From Marsupella aquatica (taxonomy: Eukaryota > Plantae > Marchantiophyta), in NCBI GenBank assembly GCA_973895155.1, contig OZ316895.1, forward strand, positions 248,001 to 312,000: DNA of 64,000 nt, in the 5' to 3' direction. The position numbers and the translations under genes were made by a program. Under the pieces are notes generated by a model. That model was given only the letters and a program-made list of their open reading frames with translations. It was not told the DNA's origin and ran no database searches. The first letter of the stretch is position 1, and each line of letters begins with the position of its first letter. This document shows, one piece after another, positions 1 through 11,600 of the stretch.

Positions 1-1641
1 GGTGTCTGGTCCTCAATGGACGCCCCCAACGCTTCCTCCGCAGCCACTACCGTAGGTCCATTCTCTGACAGATTACCTGCTCCGGACCGAGTCAACTCTC
101 CATCGGCCTGACTGGGTCCACCCTCGGCTTCGGCCTCAGCATCGGCCACGGCCTCTGATACGGCTACGGTCTCCCCGACATGCTCTAGTGGTGGATCCGG
201 TACCCTGGCTTCATCACCGAGTATCCTGGCCTCGGCTTTGCCATCCCCGCCTTCTAGGGCAGTTGGATCCTCTACCGTGATCCTGCCTGAGGTTGGTGTT
301 GGGTTTACCTCCTTGGTCACGACGGCTTGAGGAGCCGTATTACTCCCTGACCCAGAAGGTTTCCGCTTCTTCTTCTTCCTTGGTTCGGCAGCTGGCCCCT
401 TCCCCTTGCCACTTACCTCCGGCACCGGTGCGAGTATCTCGGCTTGTCCTTCAGCCAGTACTACTCCTGGAAACTTGGTTGCCCCTATTGGAGTTGGACC
501 TGAGGAAGCCAAGCACTTAAATACTGCGGCCTGTTTCTTCAACCACTCCATTTGGTTGTCGGCTTGCCGCTGTAAGTTCTCCATCTTCCGCGTGCTTTCC
601 TCCAACTCCTCCTTAAATTCATCCAGGTCCTTGCGCGCCTCCTTCTGCTCCTTCTGGGCTTCCTCCAATTCCTTCTTTAAGGTAGCCCTCTCCTCCTGGG
701 TTGCTCTCAGCTCCTTGTCGAGCTCCGTAACGACCTCAGACTCCATTTTATTCATCTTGGCATAAGTTTGATCAAGCTGGTCGTCTTTCTCACGCAGGTC
801 GGCCTTGAAGCTGGCCGTCAGGGATGCAAGCTTCTGCCGCAGCACGATAATTGCCTGATAGGATTTCCCTAACTCGGCCTCCTTCTGCTCAAGGGCACCG
901 CGGATATCCTTGAGTTCCCCCTTCAGCGCCCTTTCCCTTCTCTGAGTTTCCGCCATGGCCCGATTGTTGGCTGCTATGTGGGCCTCCTCTGCGTCTCTCA
1001 GCTCTCGCTTCCACTTCTCCTTCTCCTTGATCAAATCGGCCAACTCTCCTTGGGTCCGAGTCAGTTTATCCTTGATAATCTGATTATTAGACTGCGCGGT
1101 ATCCAATTGCCCCTGCATGATGTTGAGCTCATGCCGCTTAATCCGCAACTCATCTTGGGCTTTCTTGGTCGCCTTCAGGTCTTCTACCTTGGCTTCCCTT
1201 GCCCTAAGCCGACGGATGACCTCATTCTTCTTGCTTCTCTCCAAAGCCACCGCTTCTTCTAATCGGCGCTTCTCCAACATTTTCCTCTGGAAAAAGGGTC
1301 CCTGCTCCAACTCCTCCCCAAAGATGCCGAGCGCAAGTTCCCCACACATCTCCCCGTACTCCATGGCTCGTTCTTTAGCATAGGCGGAGTGAGTAGAAGT
1401 CATCGGCATCATCCATCATGGCCTTTGTTCCCAAGCCGCCTTGCAGATTTCTTCTATTGTGGCTGGAGGGTTGCTTCATTTTTCTGCGAGCCGCATGATG
1501 TGCTCCGACCATTCTCCCCCATGGTAAATCTTTCTCCCTAGCCAGGGCTGCCTTCTCTTCCTCCCTGAGTCGCTCCTGAAACTCTTGTGCTATCTGTTTT
1601 ATGCCGTCAAAGCTCGGGGGAGCGACATCTGGTGGGGGAGA
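1..1641 (-). mobile_element. 3' part of an older, decayed copy of the ORF-bearing TG..CA unit; continues past the left window edge
   Basis: Colinear, diverged homology to ~2570-4205 (PPPDVAPPSFDGIKQ..., coiled coil, TPIGATKFPGVVLAE). Ends at GGAGA (1637-1641), the reverse complement of TSD TCTCC. Confidence 0.9.
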
Positions 1642-4600
1642 TGTGGTGCGTCCCATGGCTCCCTAAACCCAAGAAACCCCCCAGCTCAAGCCGATTCCCG
1701 CAGGTTTCGTGCTTGGCGAGGCTGTTTCCGCGGCTTAGCGACATGGGACGCTGCTAACCTTCTACTACTACTATTAACATTTTACACACATATACTGGAC
1801 AGATCCTTCATCGGGTCATGAGATACGTAGCCGGCCTAAGCTAGGCCTTCCCCTGTCTTCCCCTCCATCTTGATAGGTATGTTTGGATTCCGCCGCCGGA
1901 ATGATCCCCAATAGGCTTGGTTAAGCCGCTAAGACCTCTCTCAGCTCGACACATCCAACTCTCACTCCCCTGCTTACTTTCCTTCCTTCTGTTGATGTGG
2001 GCACTCTTCACACAAGTTAATGCGACACACAAATAGCAAAATGACTCATTCTGACTGAGTCATACCATGCACTTGCCATACAAACAGTACATCTCATACA
2101 CAAGTTCTGCGAACTAAGCCGTGAGGCCAACTCTATTCAGCTCTTAGGCATGAGGAAACATGAATATACACAAGGGTCACTGTATGACTAACCGAGAGCT
2201 TCTCGTACTACTTGATCCCAGCCCGGCTGGTGCAAACTAAAAACTTGCTAAAGAAGAGGCCCTGAGCTCCCCGCTGCCCAGGTACTTATCCTGGTAGTGG
2301 ATCCGCCATTCTTTGCATCGTAAGCCTAATCTACTTAACAGTAAGCTACTTGCCCGAATCTACCTATGTACAGCAAGGCAGGAGCACAAGTGTTGCTCCT
2401 ACCAGTTGGACCGCAATCCCACTAAGCTAAGTGTCAGGGCCGCTCCTGGTCCTGATCCTAATCCTAAACTTGGAGATCAGCGCCCGCCCTGCCCACTCAC
2501 GCCTCCTCCCTCCACGTCCGCCCTCCCCAAAAGGAATGGCGCCCTTGCACCGTCACGACATCGGTGGTGGATCCTTAATGGACGCCCCCAACGCTTCCTC
2601 CTCAGCCACTGCCGTAGGTTCATTCCCTGACAGATTACCTGCCCTTGACTGAGTCAACTCTCCATCGGCCTGACTGGGTCCACCATCGGCGTCGGCATCG
2701 GCTCGGGAATCGGTTACGGCCTCAGCCACGGCTTGGGTCTCCCCGGCCTGCTCAAGAGGCGGATCTGGGATACCGGCCTCATTACTGAGTAGTTCGGCTT
2801 GGGCCGCACCACACCCACCTGTGATGATAGCGGGATCTATTGCCGTATTCATGCCGGAGGATGGTGCTGGTTCTACCTCCTTGGTCACCACGGCTTGTGG
2901 AGCCGGATTACTCTTTGACCCTGAAGGTTTCCGCTTCTTCTTCTTTTCTGGTTCGGCAGCTGGTCCCTTCCCCTTCCCACTTACTTCCGGCACTGGTGCA
3001 GGTGGCGCGGCTTTTTCGGCCAGTACCACTCCTGGTAACTTGGTTGCCCCAATTGGAGTTGGGCCTGATGAAGACAAGCACTTAAATACTGCAGCTTGTT
3101 TCTTCAGCCGCTCCGTTTGGTTGTCGGCCCGCCGCTGGAGGTTCTCCATCTTCCTCGTGATTTCCTCCAACTCCTCCTGGGTCTCATCCAGGTCCTTGCG
3201 TGCCTCCTCTAGTTCCTTCTGGGCTTCCTCCCGTTCTTGTTTCAAGGTAGTCCTCTCCTCCTGGGTTGCTCTTAGCTCCTTGTCGAGCTCTGCAATGATG
3301 ACAGACTCCATCTGGTTCATCTTGGCGTAAGTCTGTTCGAGCATCTCGTCCTTCTCCCTCAGGTCGGCCTTGAAGCTGGCCGTCAGGGACGCAAGCTCCT
3401 GCTGCAGCGCCATAATCCCTTGATAGGATTTCCCTAACTCGGTCTCCTTCTGCTCAAGGGCTCTGCGGATTTTCTCGAGCTCCCCTTTCAACGCCCATTC
3501 CTTTCTTTGGGTCTCCGCCATGGCCCGGCTGTTGGCTGTTATGTGGGCCTCCTCTGTATTCTTCAGCTCTTGCTTCCACTTCTCCCTCTCTTTGATCGTG
3601 TCGGCCAACTCTCCCTGCGTCTGAGTCAGTTTATCCTTGATATTCTGATTATCAGCCTGCGCGGTGTCCAACTGCCCCTGCATGATGTTCAGCTCATGTC
3701 GTTTAATCCGCAGTTCATCTTGGGCTTTCTTGGCCGCCCTTAGATCTTCAATCTCGGCTTCCATCCTCCTAAGCCGCCGAATGACCTCATCCTTCTTGCT
3801 TCTCTCTAAAGCCACCGCTTCTTCTAATTGGTGCTTCTCCAACTGCTCCCTATGGAAAAAGGGTCCTACCTCCAACTCCTCTCCAAAGATGCCGAGCGCA
3901 AGTTCCCCACACATCTCACCATACTCCATGGCTCTATTCTTAGCATAGGTGGAGTAAGTAGAAGTGATCGGCATCGCCCATCGCGGCCTCTGCTCCCAAG
4001 CCGTCCTGCGGATCTCTTCAATCGTGGCTAGAGGTTTGCTTCCTTTTTTGGCTAGCCGCCTGATGTCCTCTGGCCAATCTCCTCCTGGTAAATCCTTTTC
4101 CTTAGCCAGGGCTGCCTCCTCCTCCTGCTTGATTCGCTCCTGAAATTCCTGCACCGTCTGTTTTATGCCGTCGAAGCTCGGGGGAGCAACATCTGGTGGG
4201 GGAGACTCAGGGCTACTCTGCTGGTTGGGGTCCCCTCGCACTACCCTTGGAAGTGTGGGGACCAACCGGCCACAGGTCCTTACTCCTGGAACGTGATGGT
4301 CCGACCCATAGCCGGAATTATCATGGCTGCAGTCCTCCACTGCCTCCTCTACCTCTTGGACGTCCGGCTTCTCCCTCTCCTCTTCGTCGGTAGGAGCTTC
4401 AGGCAATTCTGCCTCAGATTCGGAGCTTGAGGTTCCCACGTACATTCGAACACCTGGCTTGGATTCCGGCCTGATTCTCTCCTTGTCTCCAGCAAAGGGG
4501 TTTTCTCTTGTGAGCCGGTGTAGGCCTACCTCTGTAGTAGTGTCCTGCATTGTTGCCGTTGCCATTGTTGTTGCCGATGCCGATTTCTTTTCTTTCTCCA

Positions 4601-6298
4601 GTAGTTTCAGCAGACTCTGCATGCCTGGTTGCTGCATCGGCAAGTCCTCCTTCCTGGGCCTAAACACCTGCTCGATCGTAGGACTAACAGGTGGTTGAGG
4701 CTTCTCAGCCAACGGCCTCGGCGTTGGAGCTTCCTCGGGTGCCCTTACCTGCAGGGGAAGTACCGGGGCAAAAGTCTGACCTCTGGCATACCGGCACAAC
4801 AGCGGCATGTGATAGCCAAGCCGCGACACGCTCCCCATGCCGATTACCTGCTGCTCCTCCTTTAAGATCTTCTTCAATTGGTTGAGGAGGTACCCGTTGT
4901 AGTCCTGGCTTGGGTCTGGCCTTTCTGCCAGATAGACCTGTGCCTTGCCGATCTCTGCCCTCGGCAAGTTACAATGCATGGTCACCCGCAAGAAGTCGAT
5001 CATCTCTCCTGTGTGCGGGTTGGTGCAGGTGTTCCGGAAGAAGCCATTCTTCGTTGATGGCCCGGGGAACGACCGGAACTCCTTGTCAGGCAAGGTCTTC
5101 CTGGTATCAACTTTGGTCTTATTGCCTATCGGCAAGCCAAACACTTCGGCAATTACCTTGGGAGTAAGATAGAAATCCTTCCCATATATCCTCGTGCAAT
5201 TGGTCTCGGGTTCCCATGACCCCACGAATTCTAATAGGTCTGACTCCGGTACCTCCGGCTTCAGCCATGGTAATCTTACAAAGGCCTCCAAGCCGGATCC
5301 GGCCATGAAGCCTTGGTACTTCTTGGTCTGCATGGCCGTAAAGCATGCATCCTCCTCCCGTGCAAATTGTAGTTGCACCTCCACCGGTAGGGTTGCCGCC
5401 CAGCCCTTCCAGGTGTCATCCCTGGTTGGAATGGCCTTGATGGGATCGACCTCCTCCTCTTCGGCTTCTCCCTGCCTCCTGCTCTGCTGCTCGGCTGGCT
5501 TCTTTGGTGCCGCCGACCTCGTTCTTTTTATCGGGGTGGCTTCATCGTTGACGGCTCCCTTCCTCTTCATCTCTGCTGCCGTGGAGGTTTCTCCTAGCAC
5601 CGTTGCCTGGGTCCACCTTTCCGTGCTACCCTTTAATTCCCAGTGTATGTCGTTGCAGTTCTTGATGGCCTCTCGGATGCCGACGACGCTGTCTTTGCAA
5701 AACAGAAGATCGTCGAGTTGATTGGAAGTAGGCGTCCACAGGAACTCGTCCTTGATGAGTTCGCCTCCTAAGAAAGCCGTCTTCTGCAGCTCCCACAATC
5801 GAGCGAGCTCCTGCCGTTCTTGAGCTGCCCTTTCTGATTCCTCGTCCTCGTAAGTCTTGATGTACTCAGTTGCCCGTTGGAACAGGCATCCCCAGAAATG
5901 TGCCGCTTGATTGACGTTGCTCATACCCTCCTTAGGTCGATCGTCGGTATCTACTCTCTCCCCGAGTGCTTGCCTAAGCAGCTGACAGTAGTTGGCCTCG
6001 TAGTCGTCTGCCTAGTTCGTGCTCGCAAATGAGCCACCATCTCCTGCAAGCGCTCCTTACCCCTCTCCTCCGCCGGTCCTTCTTCCTGTTGATCCTTCCT
6101 AGCCGCCGACGCTTAACGCGCCCTAACCCTAATCGAGTTTTCACCTTCAGCGTCCTTACCTCCGGTCTCGGCCCGGGTTCCATGGTTGCCCCTAATGGTT
6201 TATATTTTCCTTGTTTTGTCCCTATACTAAGGTGTTCCTAGGGTGCCTTCCTGCTTTACCCACTTAACCGGCCGAGTGATTCCTGTCTAGGCATCACA
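1642..6298 (-). mobile_element. Copy A of the 4.66-kb ORF-bearing LTR-like/TG..CA unit
   Basis: On the minus strand it begins TGTGATGCCTAG (6298) and ends GGGACGCACCACA (1642). Near-identical reverse complement of 8663-13328. Confidence 0.93.
2553..5924 (-). CDS. 1123-aa element-encoded protein: transposon-accessory-like N-terminal domain (LLEFVGSW...FYLTPKVIAEVFGLP), acidic/Pro linker, ~250-aa coiled coil, KKKKRK NLS-like motif, low-complexity tail
   Basis: Uninterrupted ORF, homologous in three other copies, with many third-position differences versus the old copy. The domain assignment is by motif resemblance only. Confidence 0.85.
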   Translation of the reverse strand: MSNVNQAAHFWGCLFQRATEYIKTYEDEESERAAQERQELARLWELQKTAFLGGELIKDEFLWTPTSNQLDDLLFCKDSVVGIREAIKNCNDIHWELKGSTERWTQATVLGETSTAAEMKRKGAVNDEATPIKRTRSAAPKKPAEQQSRRQGEAEEEEVDPIKAIPTRDDTWKGWAATLPVEVQLQFAREEDACFTAMQTKKYQGFMAGSGLEAFVRLPWLKPEVPESDLLEFVGSWEPETNCTRIYGKDFYLTPKVIAEVFGLPIGNKTKVDTRKTLPDKEFRSFPGPSTKNGFFRNTCTNPHTGEMIDFLRVTMHCNLPRAEIGKAQVYLAERPDPSQDYNGYLLNQLKKILKEEQQVIGMGSVSRLGYHMPLLCRYARGQTFAPVLPLQVRAPEEAPTPRPLAEKPQPPVSPTIEQVFRPRKEDLPMQQPGMQSLLKLLEKEKKSASATTMATATMQDTTTEVGLHRLTRENPFAGDKERIRPESKPGVRMYVGTSSSESEAELPEAPTDEEEREKPDVQEVEEAVEDCSHDNSGYGSDHHVPGVRTCGRLVPTLPRVVRGDPNQQSSPESPPPDVAPPSFDGIKQTVQEFQERIKQEEEAALAKEKDLPGGDWPEDIRRLAKKGSKPLATIEEIRRTAWEQRPRWAMPITSTYSTYAKNRAMEYGEMCGELALGIFGEELEVGPFFHREQLEKHQLEEAVALERSKKDEVIRRLRRMEAEIEDLRAAKKAQDELRIKRHELNIMQGQLDTAQADNQNIKDKLTQTQGELADTIKEREKWKQELKNTEEAHITANSRAMAETQRKEWALKGELEKIRRALEQKETELGKSYQGIMALQQELASLTASFKADLREKDEMLEQTYAKMNQMESVIIAELDKELRATQEERTTLKQEREEAQKELEEARKDLDETQEELEEITRKMENLQRRADNQTERLKKQAAVFKCLSSSGPTPIGATKLPGVVLAEKAAPPAPVPEVSGKGKGPAAEPEKKKKRKPSGSKSNPAPQAVVTKEVEPAPSSGMNTAIDPAIITGGCGAAQAELLSNEAGIPDPPLEQAGETQAVAEAVTDSRADADADGGPSQADGELTQSRAGNLSGNEPTAVAEEEALGASIKDPPPMS

Positions 6299-6498
6299 AG
6301 TATCGCCATGGGCCTTTTGTAGCCCCGTACATCTCTTCTATATCCTACAATAAAGGTGCAACCACCTGATGATGAGGAGAACTGGTCATTGAGTCCTTGT
6401 CAAAATCAGTCTGAAGTTGCACTATTGACTGCACCCCACTCTAAGTAAAACTGGTCCGTCGTCCATTGGGTAGCCCCGCAGCACTAGAAGAATCCATG

Positions 6499-8662
6499 TG
6501 TGATGCCTAGCCAGGAATCATTAGGCCAGTTTAAATAGTAAAATCAGGAGTGTACCCTAGGAAACACCTTAGTATAGTAAAAAAACAGGGAAAATATAAA
6601 CAATTAAGGGTGATTATGGAACCTGAGCCGAGGCCGAAAATAAGGACGCCGGGGGAGGGAACACGATTAGGGTTAGGGCGCGCTAAGTACTGGCGGCTAT
6701 GGGTAACCAACGGGAAGGAAGACCAGCCAGGGGGTAAGGACTGATTGCAAGGAATGGCGGCTCATTTGCAAGCACAAGCCAACGTGACAACTACGGGAGG
6801 CCAACTACTGTCCGTTGCTCAGGCAAGCACTCAGGGTGGAAGCAGATGCCGATAATCAACTCAAGAAGGGTATGAGCAACGTCAATCAAGCTGCTCATTT
6901 TTGGGGATGCCTGTTAGAACGGGCAACTGAGTACATTGGGACCTACGAGGACAAAGAATTGGAGAGAGCAGCTCGAGAACGGCAGGAGCTCGCTCGGCTG
7001 TGGGAGGTGCAGAAGTCTGCCTTCTTAGGAGGAGAACTCATTACGGCTGAATTCTTGTGGACGCCTATTGCCGATGAACTCGACGATCTTCTGTTTTGTG
7101 AGAATAGAATAGTCGGCATCCGGTAGGCCATCAACTGCTGCAATGACATACACTGGGAGTTGAAGGGTAGCACGGAGGGGTGGACGAAGGCAACCATGCT
7201 AGGAGAAACATCCACGGTAGCCGCTATGAAGAGGAAAGGGAACAACAATGAAGAAGCCACCCCTGCGAAAAGAACGAGGTCGGCGGCACCCAGGAAACCA
7301 GCAAAGCAGGGAAGCAGGAGGTAGGCGGAAGCCGAAGAGGAGGAGGTCGACCCCATCAATGTCGTTCCAACAAGAGAAGACACTTGGAAAGGCTAGGCGG
7401 CGACCCTCCCCGAGGAGGTGCAATTACACTTTGCACGGGAAGAGGATGCATGCTTTACAGCTATACAGACGCGGAAATACCAGGGCTTCATAGCCGGATC
7501 GGGCTTGGAAGCCTTCGTAAAGTTACCATGGCTGAAGCCAGAGGTGCCGGATTCAGACTTACTAGAATTCGTGGGATCATGGGAGCCCAAGACCAATTCC
7601 ACAAGGGTGTATGGGAAGGATTTCTATCTCACTCCCCGGGTGATTGCCGAAGTGTTTGGCTTGCCGATGGGCAATAAGACCAAAGTAGATACCAGGAAGA
7701 CCTTGCCAGACAAGGAGTTCCGGTCATTTCTAGGGCCATCAACAAAGAATGGCTTCTTCCGAAACACCTGCACAAACCCGCACATAGGAGAAATGATCGA
7801 TTTCTTGCGGGTAACCATGCATTGCAACTCCGAGGGCAGAGATCGGCAAGGCACAGGTCTATCTGGCGGAGACGCCAAACCCAAGCCGGGACTACAACGG
7901 GTACCTCCTCACCCAACTAAAGAAGATCTTGAAGGAGGAACAACTGGTGATCGGCATGGGAAGTGTGTCCCGGCTTGGCTATCATATGCCGCTGTTGTGC
8001 CGATATGCCCAAAGTCAGATATTTGCCCCGGTACTTCCCCTGCAGGCAAGAGCACCAGAGGAGGTTCCAGAACCAAGGCCGGCAATAGAGAAACCAACCC
8101 AGCCCGACAGTCTTACAATCGAGCAGGTGTTTAGGCCGAGGAAGGAGGACTTGCCAATGCAGCAACCAGGCATGCAGAATCTGCTGAAATTGCTGGAGAA
8201 GAAAAGGAGAACGGCAACGGCAACAGGACCGGTATAGAATACTACTCCCAAAGTCGGCCTTAGCCAACTTACCAAGGAAAACCCTTTTACCGGGGTCAAG
8301 GAGAGAAGGAGGTTGGAACACGAGCCGGGAGTCCGAATGTATGTAGGAGCTTCAAGTCCCGAAGCCGAGGAAAAGCAGCCCAAAGCTCCTGGTCGCGACA
8401 AGGAGAAGATGAGATCAACGTGGAAGCCGGAGGAACCAGGACCCGTGATCTGTGAGGCCGTGTTCACGGCAAGACCAGGACAGCAGTGGGGGGAGCCGGT
8501 AGTCCAAGCCGAGGAGGAGGCGGTAGAAGGCTACGACAATGATGACTCCGGCTACGGGTCGGACCATCATGTTCCAGGAATAAGGACCTGTGGCAGGTTC
8601 ATCCCCATGCTTCCAAGAGTAGTTTGAGGGGACCCGACCCAGCAGAGCAGCCCCGAGTCTCC
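6499..8662 (+). mobile_element. 5' part of the older decayed copy of the unit (ORF pseudogenised)
   Basis: Starts TGTGATGCCTAG at 6499; ATGAGCAACGTCAATCAA at ~6872; in-frame stops (~7124, 7322, 7394, 8235, 8625) and a frameshift near 7830; ends in TCTCC immediately before copy B. Confidence 0.92.
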
Positions 8663-11600
8663 TGTGATGCCTAGACAGGAATCACTCGGCCAGTTAAGTG
8701 GGTAAAGCAGGAAGGCACCCTAGGAACACCTTAGTATAGGGACAAAACAAGGAAAATATAAACCATTAGGGGCAACCATGGAACCCGGGCCGAGGCCGGA
8801 GGTAAGGACGCTGAAGGTGAAAACTCGATTAGGGTTAGGGCGCGTTAAGCGTCGGCGGCTAGGAAGGATCAACGGGAAGAAGGACCGGCAGAGGAGAGGG
8901 GTAAGGAGCGCTTGCAGGAGATGGTGGCTCATTTGCGAGCACGAACTAGGCAGACGACTACGAGGCCAACTACTGTCAGCTGCTTAGGCAAGCACTCGGG
9001 GAGAGAGTAGATACCGACGATCGACCTAAGGAGGGTATGAGCAACGTCAATCAAGCGGCACATTTCTGGGGATGCCTGTTCGAACGGGCAACTGAGTACA
9101 TCAAGACTTATGAGGATGAGGAATCAGAAAGGGCAGCTCAAGAACGGCAGGAGCTCGCTCGATTGTGGGAGCTGCAGAAGACGGCTTTCTTAGGAGGCGA
9201 ACTCATCAAGGACGAGTTCCTGTGGACGCCTACTTCCAATCAACTCGACGATCTTCTGTTTTGCAAAGACAGCGTCGTCGGCATCCGAGAGGCCATCAAG
9301 AACTACAACGACATACACTGGGAATTAAAGGGTAGCACGGAAAGGTGGACCCAGGCAACGGTGCTAGGAGAAACCTCCACGGCAGCAGAGATGAAGAGGA
9401 AGGGAGCCGTCAACGATGAAGCCACCCCGACAAAAAGAACGAGGTCGGCGGCACCAAAGAAGCCAGCCGAGCAGCAGAGCAGGAGGCAGGGAGAAGCCGA
9501 AGAGGAGGAGGTCGATCCCATCAAGGCCATTCCAACCAGGGATGACACCTGGAAGGGCTGGGCGGCAACCCTACCGGTGGAGGTGCAACTACATTTTGCA
9601 CGGGAGGAGGATGCATGCTTTACGGCCATGCAAACCAAGAAGTACCAAGGCTTCATGGCCGGATCCGGCTTAGAGGCCTTTGTAAGATTACCATGGCTGA
9701 AGCCGGAGGTACCGGAGTCAGACCTATTAGAATTCATGGGGTCATGGGAACCCGAGACCAATTGCACGAGGATATATGGGAAGGATTTCTATCTTACTCC
9801 CAAGGTAATTGCCGAAGTGTTTGGCTTGCCGATAGGCAATAAGACCAAAGTTGATACCAGGAAGACCTTGCCTGACAAGGAGTTCCGGTCGTTCCCCGGG
9901 CCATCAACGAAGAATGGCTTCTTCCGGAACACCTGCACCAACCCGCACACAGGAGAGATGATCGACTTCTTGCGGGTGACCATGCATTGTAACTTGCCGA
10001 GGGCAGAGATCGGCAAGGCACAGGTCTATCTGGCAGAAAGGCCAGACCCAAGCCGGGACTACAACGGGTACCTCCTCAACCAATTGAAGAAGATCTTAAA
10101 GGAGGAGCAGCAGGTAATCGGCATGGGGAGCGTGTCGCGGCTTGGCTATCACATGCCGCTGTTGTGCCGGTATGCCAGAGGTCAGACTTTTGCCCCGGTA
10201 CTTCCCCTGCAGGTAAGGGCACCCGAGGAAGCTCCAACGCCGAGGCCGTTGGCTGAGAAGCCTCAACCACCTGTTAGTCCTACGATCGAGCAGGTGTTTA
10301 GGCCCAGGAAGGAGGACTTGCCGATGCAGCAACCAGGCATGCAGAGTCTGCTGAAACTACTGGAGAAAGAAAAGAAATCGGCATCGGCAACAACAACGGC
10401 AACGGCAACAATGCAGGACACTACTACAGAGGTAGGCCTACACCGGCTCACAAGAGAAAACCCCTTTGCTGGAGACAAGGAGAGAATCAGGCCGGAATCC
10501 AAGCCAGGTGTTCGAATGTACGTGGGAACCTCAAGCTCCGAATCTGAGGCAGAGTTGCCTGAAGCTCCTACCGACGAAGAGGAGAGGGAGAAGCCGGACG
10601 TCCAAGAGGTAGAGGAGGCAGTGGAGGACTGCAGCCATGATAATTCCGGCTATGGGTCGGACCATCACGTTCCAGGAGTAAGGACCTGTGGCCGGTTGGT
10701 CCCCACACTTCCAAGGGTAGTGCGAGGGGACCCCAACCAGCAGAGTAGCCCTGAGTCTCCCCCACCAGATGTTGCTCCCCCGAGCTTCGACGGCATAAAA
10801 CAGACGGTGCAGGAATTTCAGGAGCGAATCAAGCAGAGGAGGAGGCAGCCCTGGCTAAGGAAAAGGATTTACCAGGAGGAGATTGGCCAGAGGACATCAG
10901 GCGGCTAGCCAAAAAAGGAAGCAAACCTCTAGCCACGATTGAAGAGATCCGCAGGACGGCTTGGGAGCAGAGGCCGCGATGGGCGATGCCGATCACTTCT
11001 ACTTACTCCACCTACGCTAAGAATAGAGCCATGGAGTATGGTGAGATGTGTGGGGAACTTGCGCTCGGCATCTTTGGAGAGGAGTTGGAGGTAGGACCCT
11101 TTTTCCATAGGGAGCAGTTGGAGAAGCACCAATTAGAAGAAGCGGTGGCTTTAGAGAGAAGCAAGAAGGATGAGGTCATTCGGCGGCTTAGGAGGATGGA
11201 AGCCGAGATTGAAGATCTAAGGGCGGCCAAGAAAGCCCAAGATGAACTGCGGATTAAACGACATGAGCTGAACATCATGCAGGGGCAGTTGGACACCGCG
11301 CAGGCTGATAATCAGAATATCAAGGATAAACTGACTCAGACGCAGGGAGAGTTGGCCGACACGATCAAAGAGAGGGAGAAGTGGAAGCAAGAGCTGAAGA
11401 ATACAGAGGAGGCCCACATAACAGCCAACAGCCGGGCCATGGCGGAGACCCAAAGAAAGGAATGGGCGTTGAAAGGGGAGCTCGAGAAAATCCGCGGAGC
11501 CCTTGAGCAGAAGGAGGCCGAGTTAGGGAAATCCTATCAAGGGATTATGGCGCTGCAGCAGGAGCTTGCGTCCCTGACGGCCAGCTTCAAGGCCGACCTA

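Noticed and set aside
6299-6315. AGTATCGCCATGG next to copy A as a PBS
   Set aside because: Lacks the TGG start complementary to tRNA CCA.
10830-10840. Programmed frameshift in the copy B ORF
   Set aside because: Copy A is continuous here; a simple 1-bp deletion or consensus error explains it.
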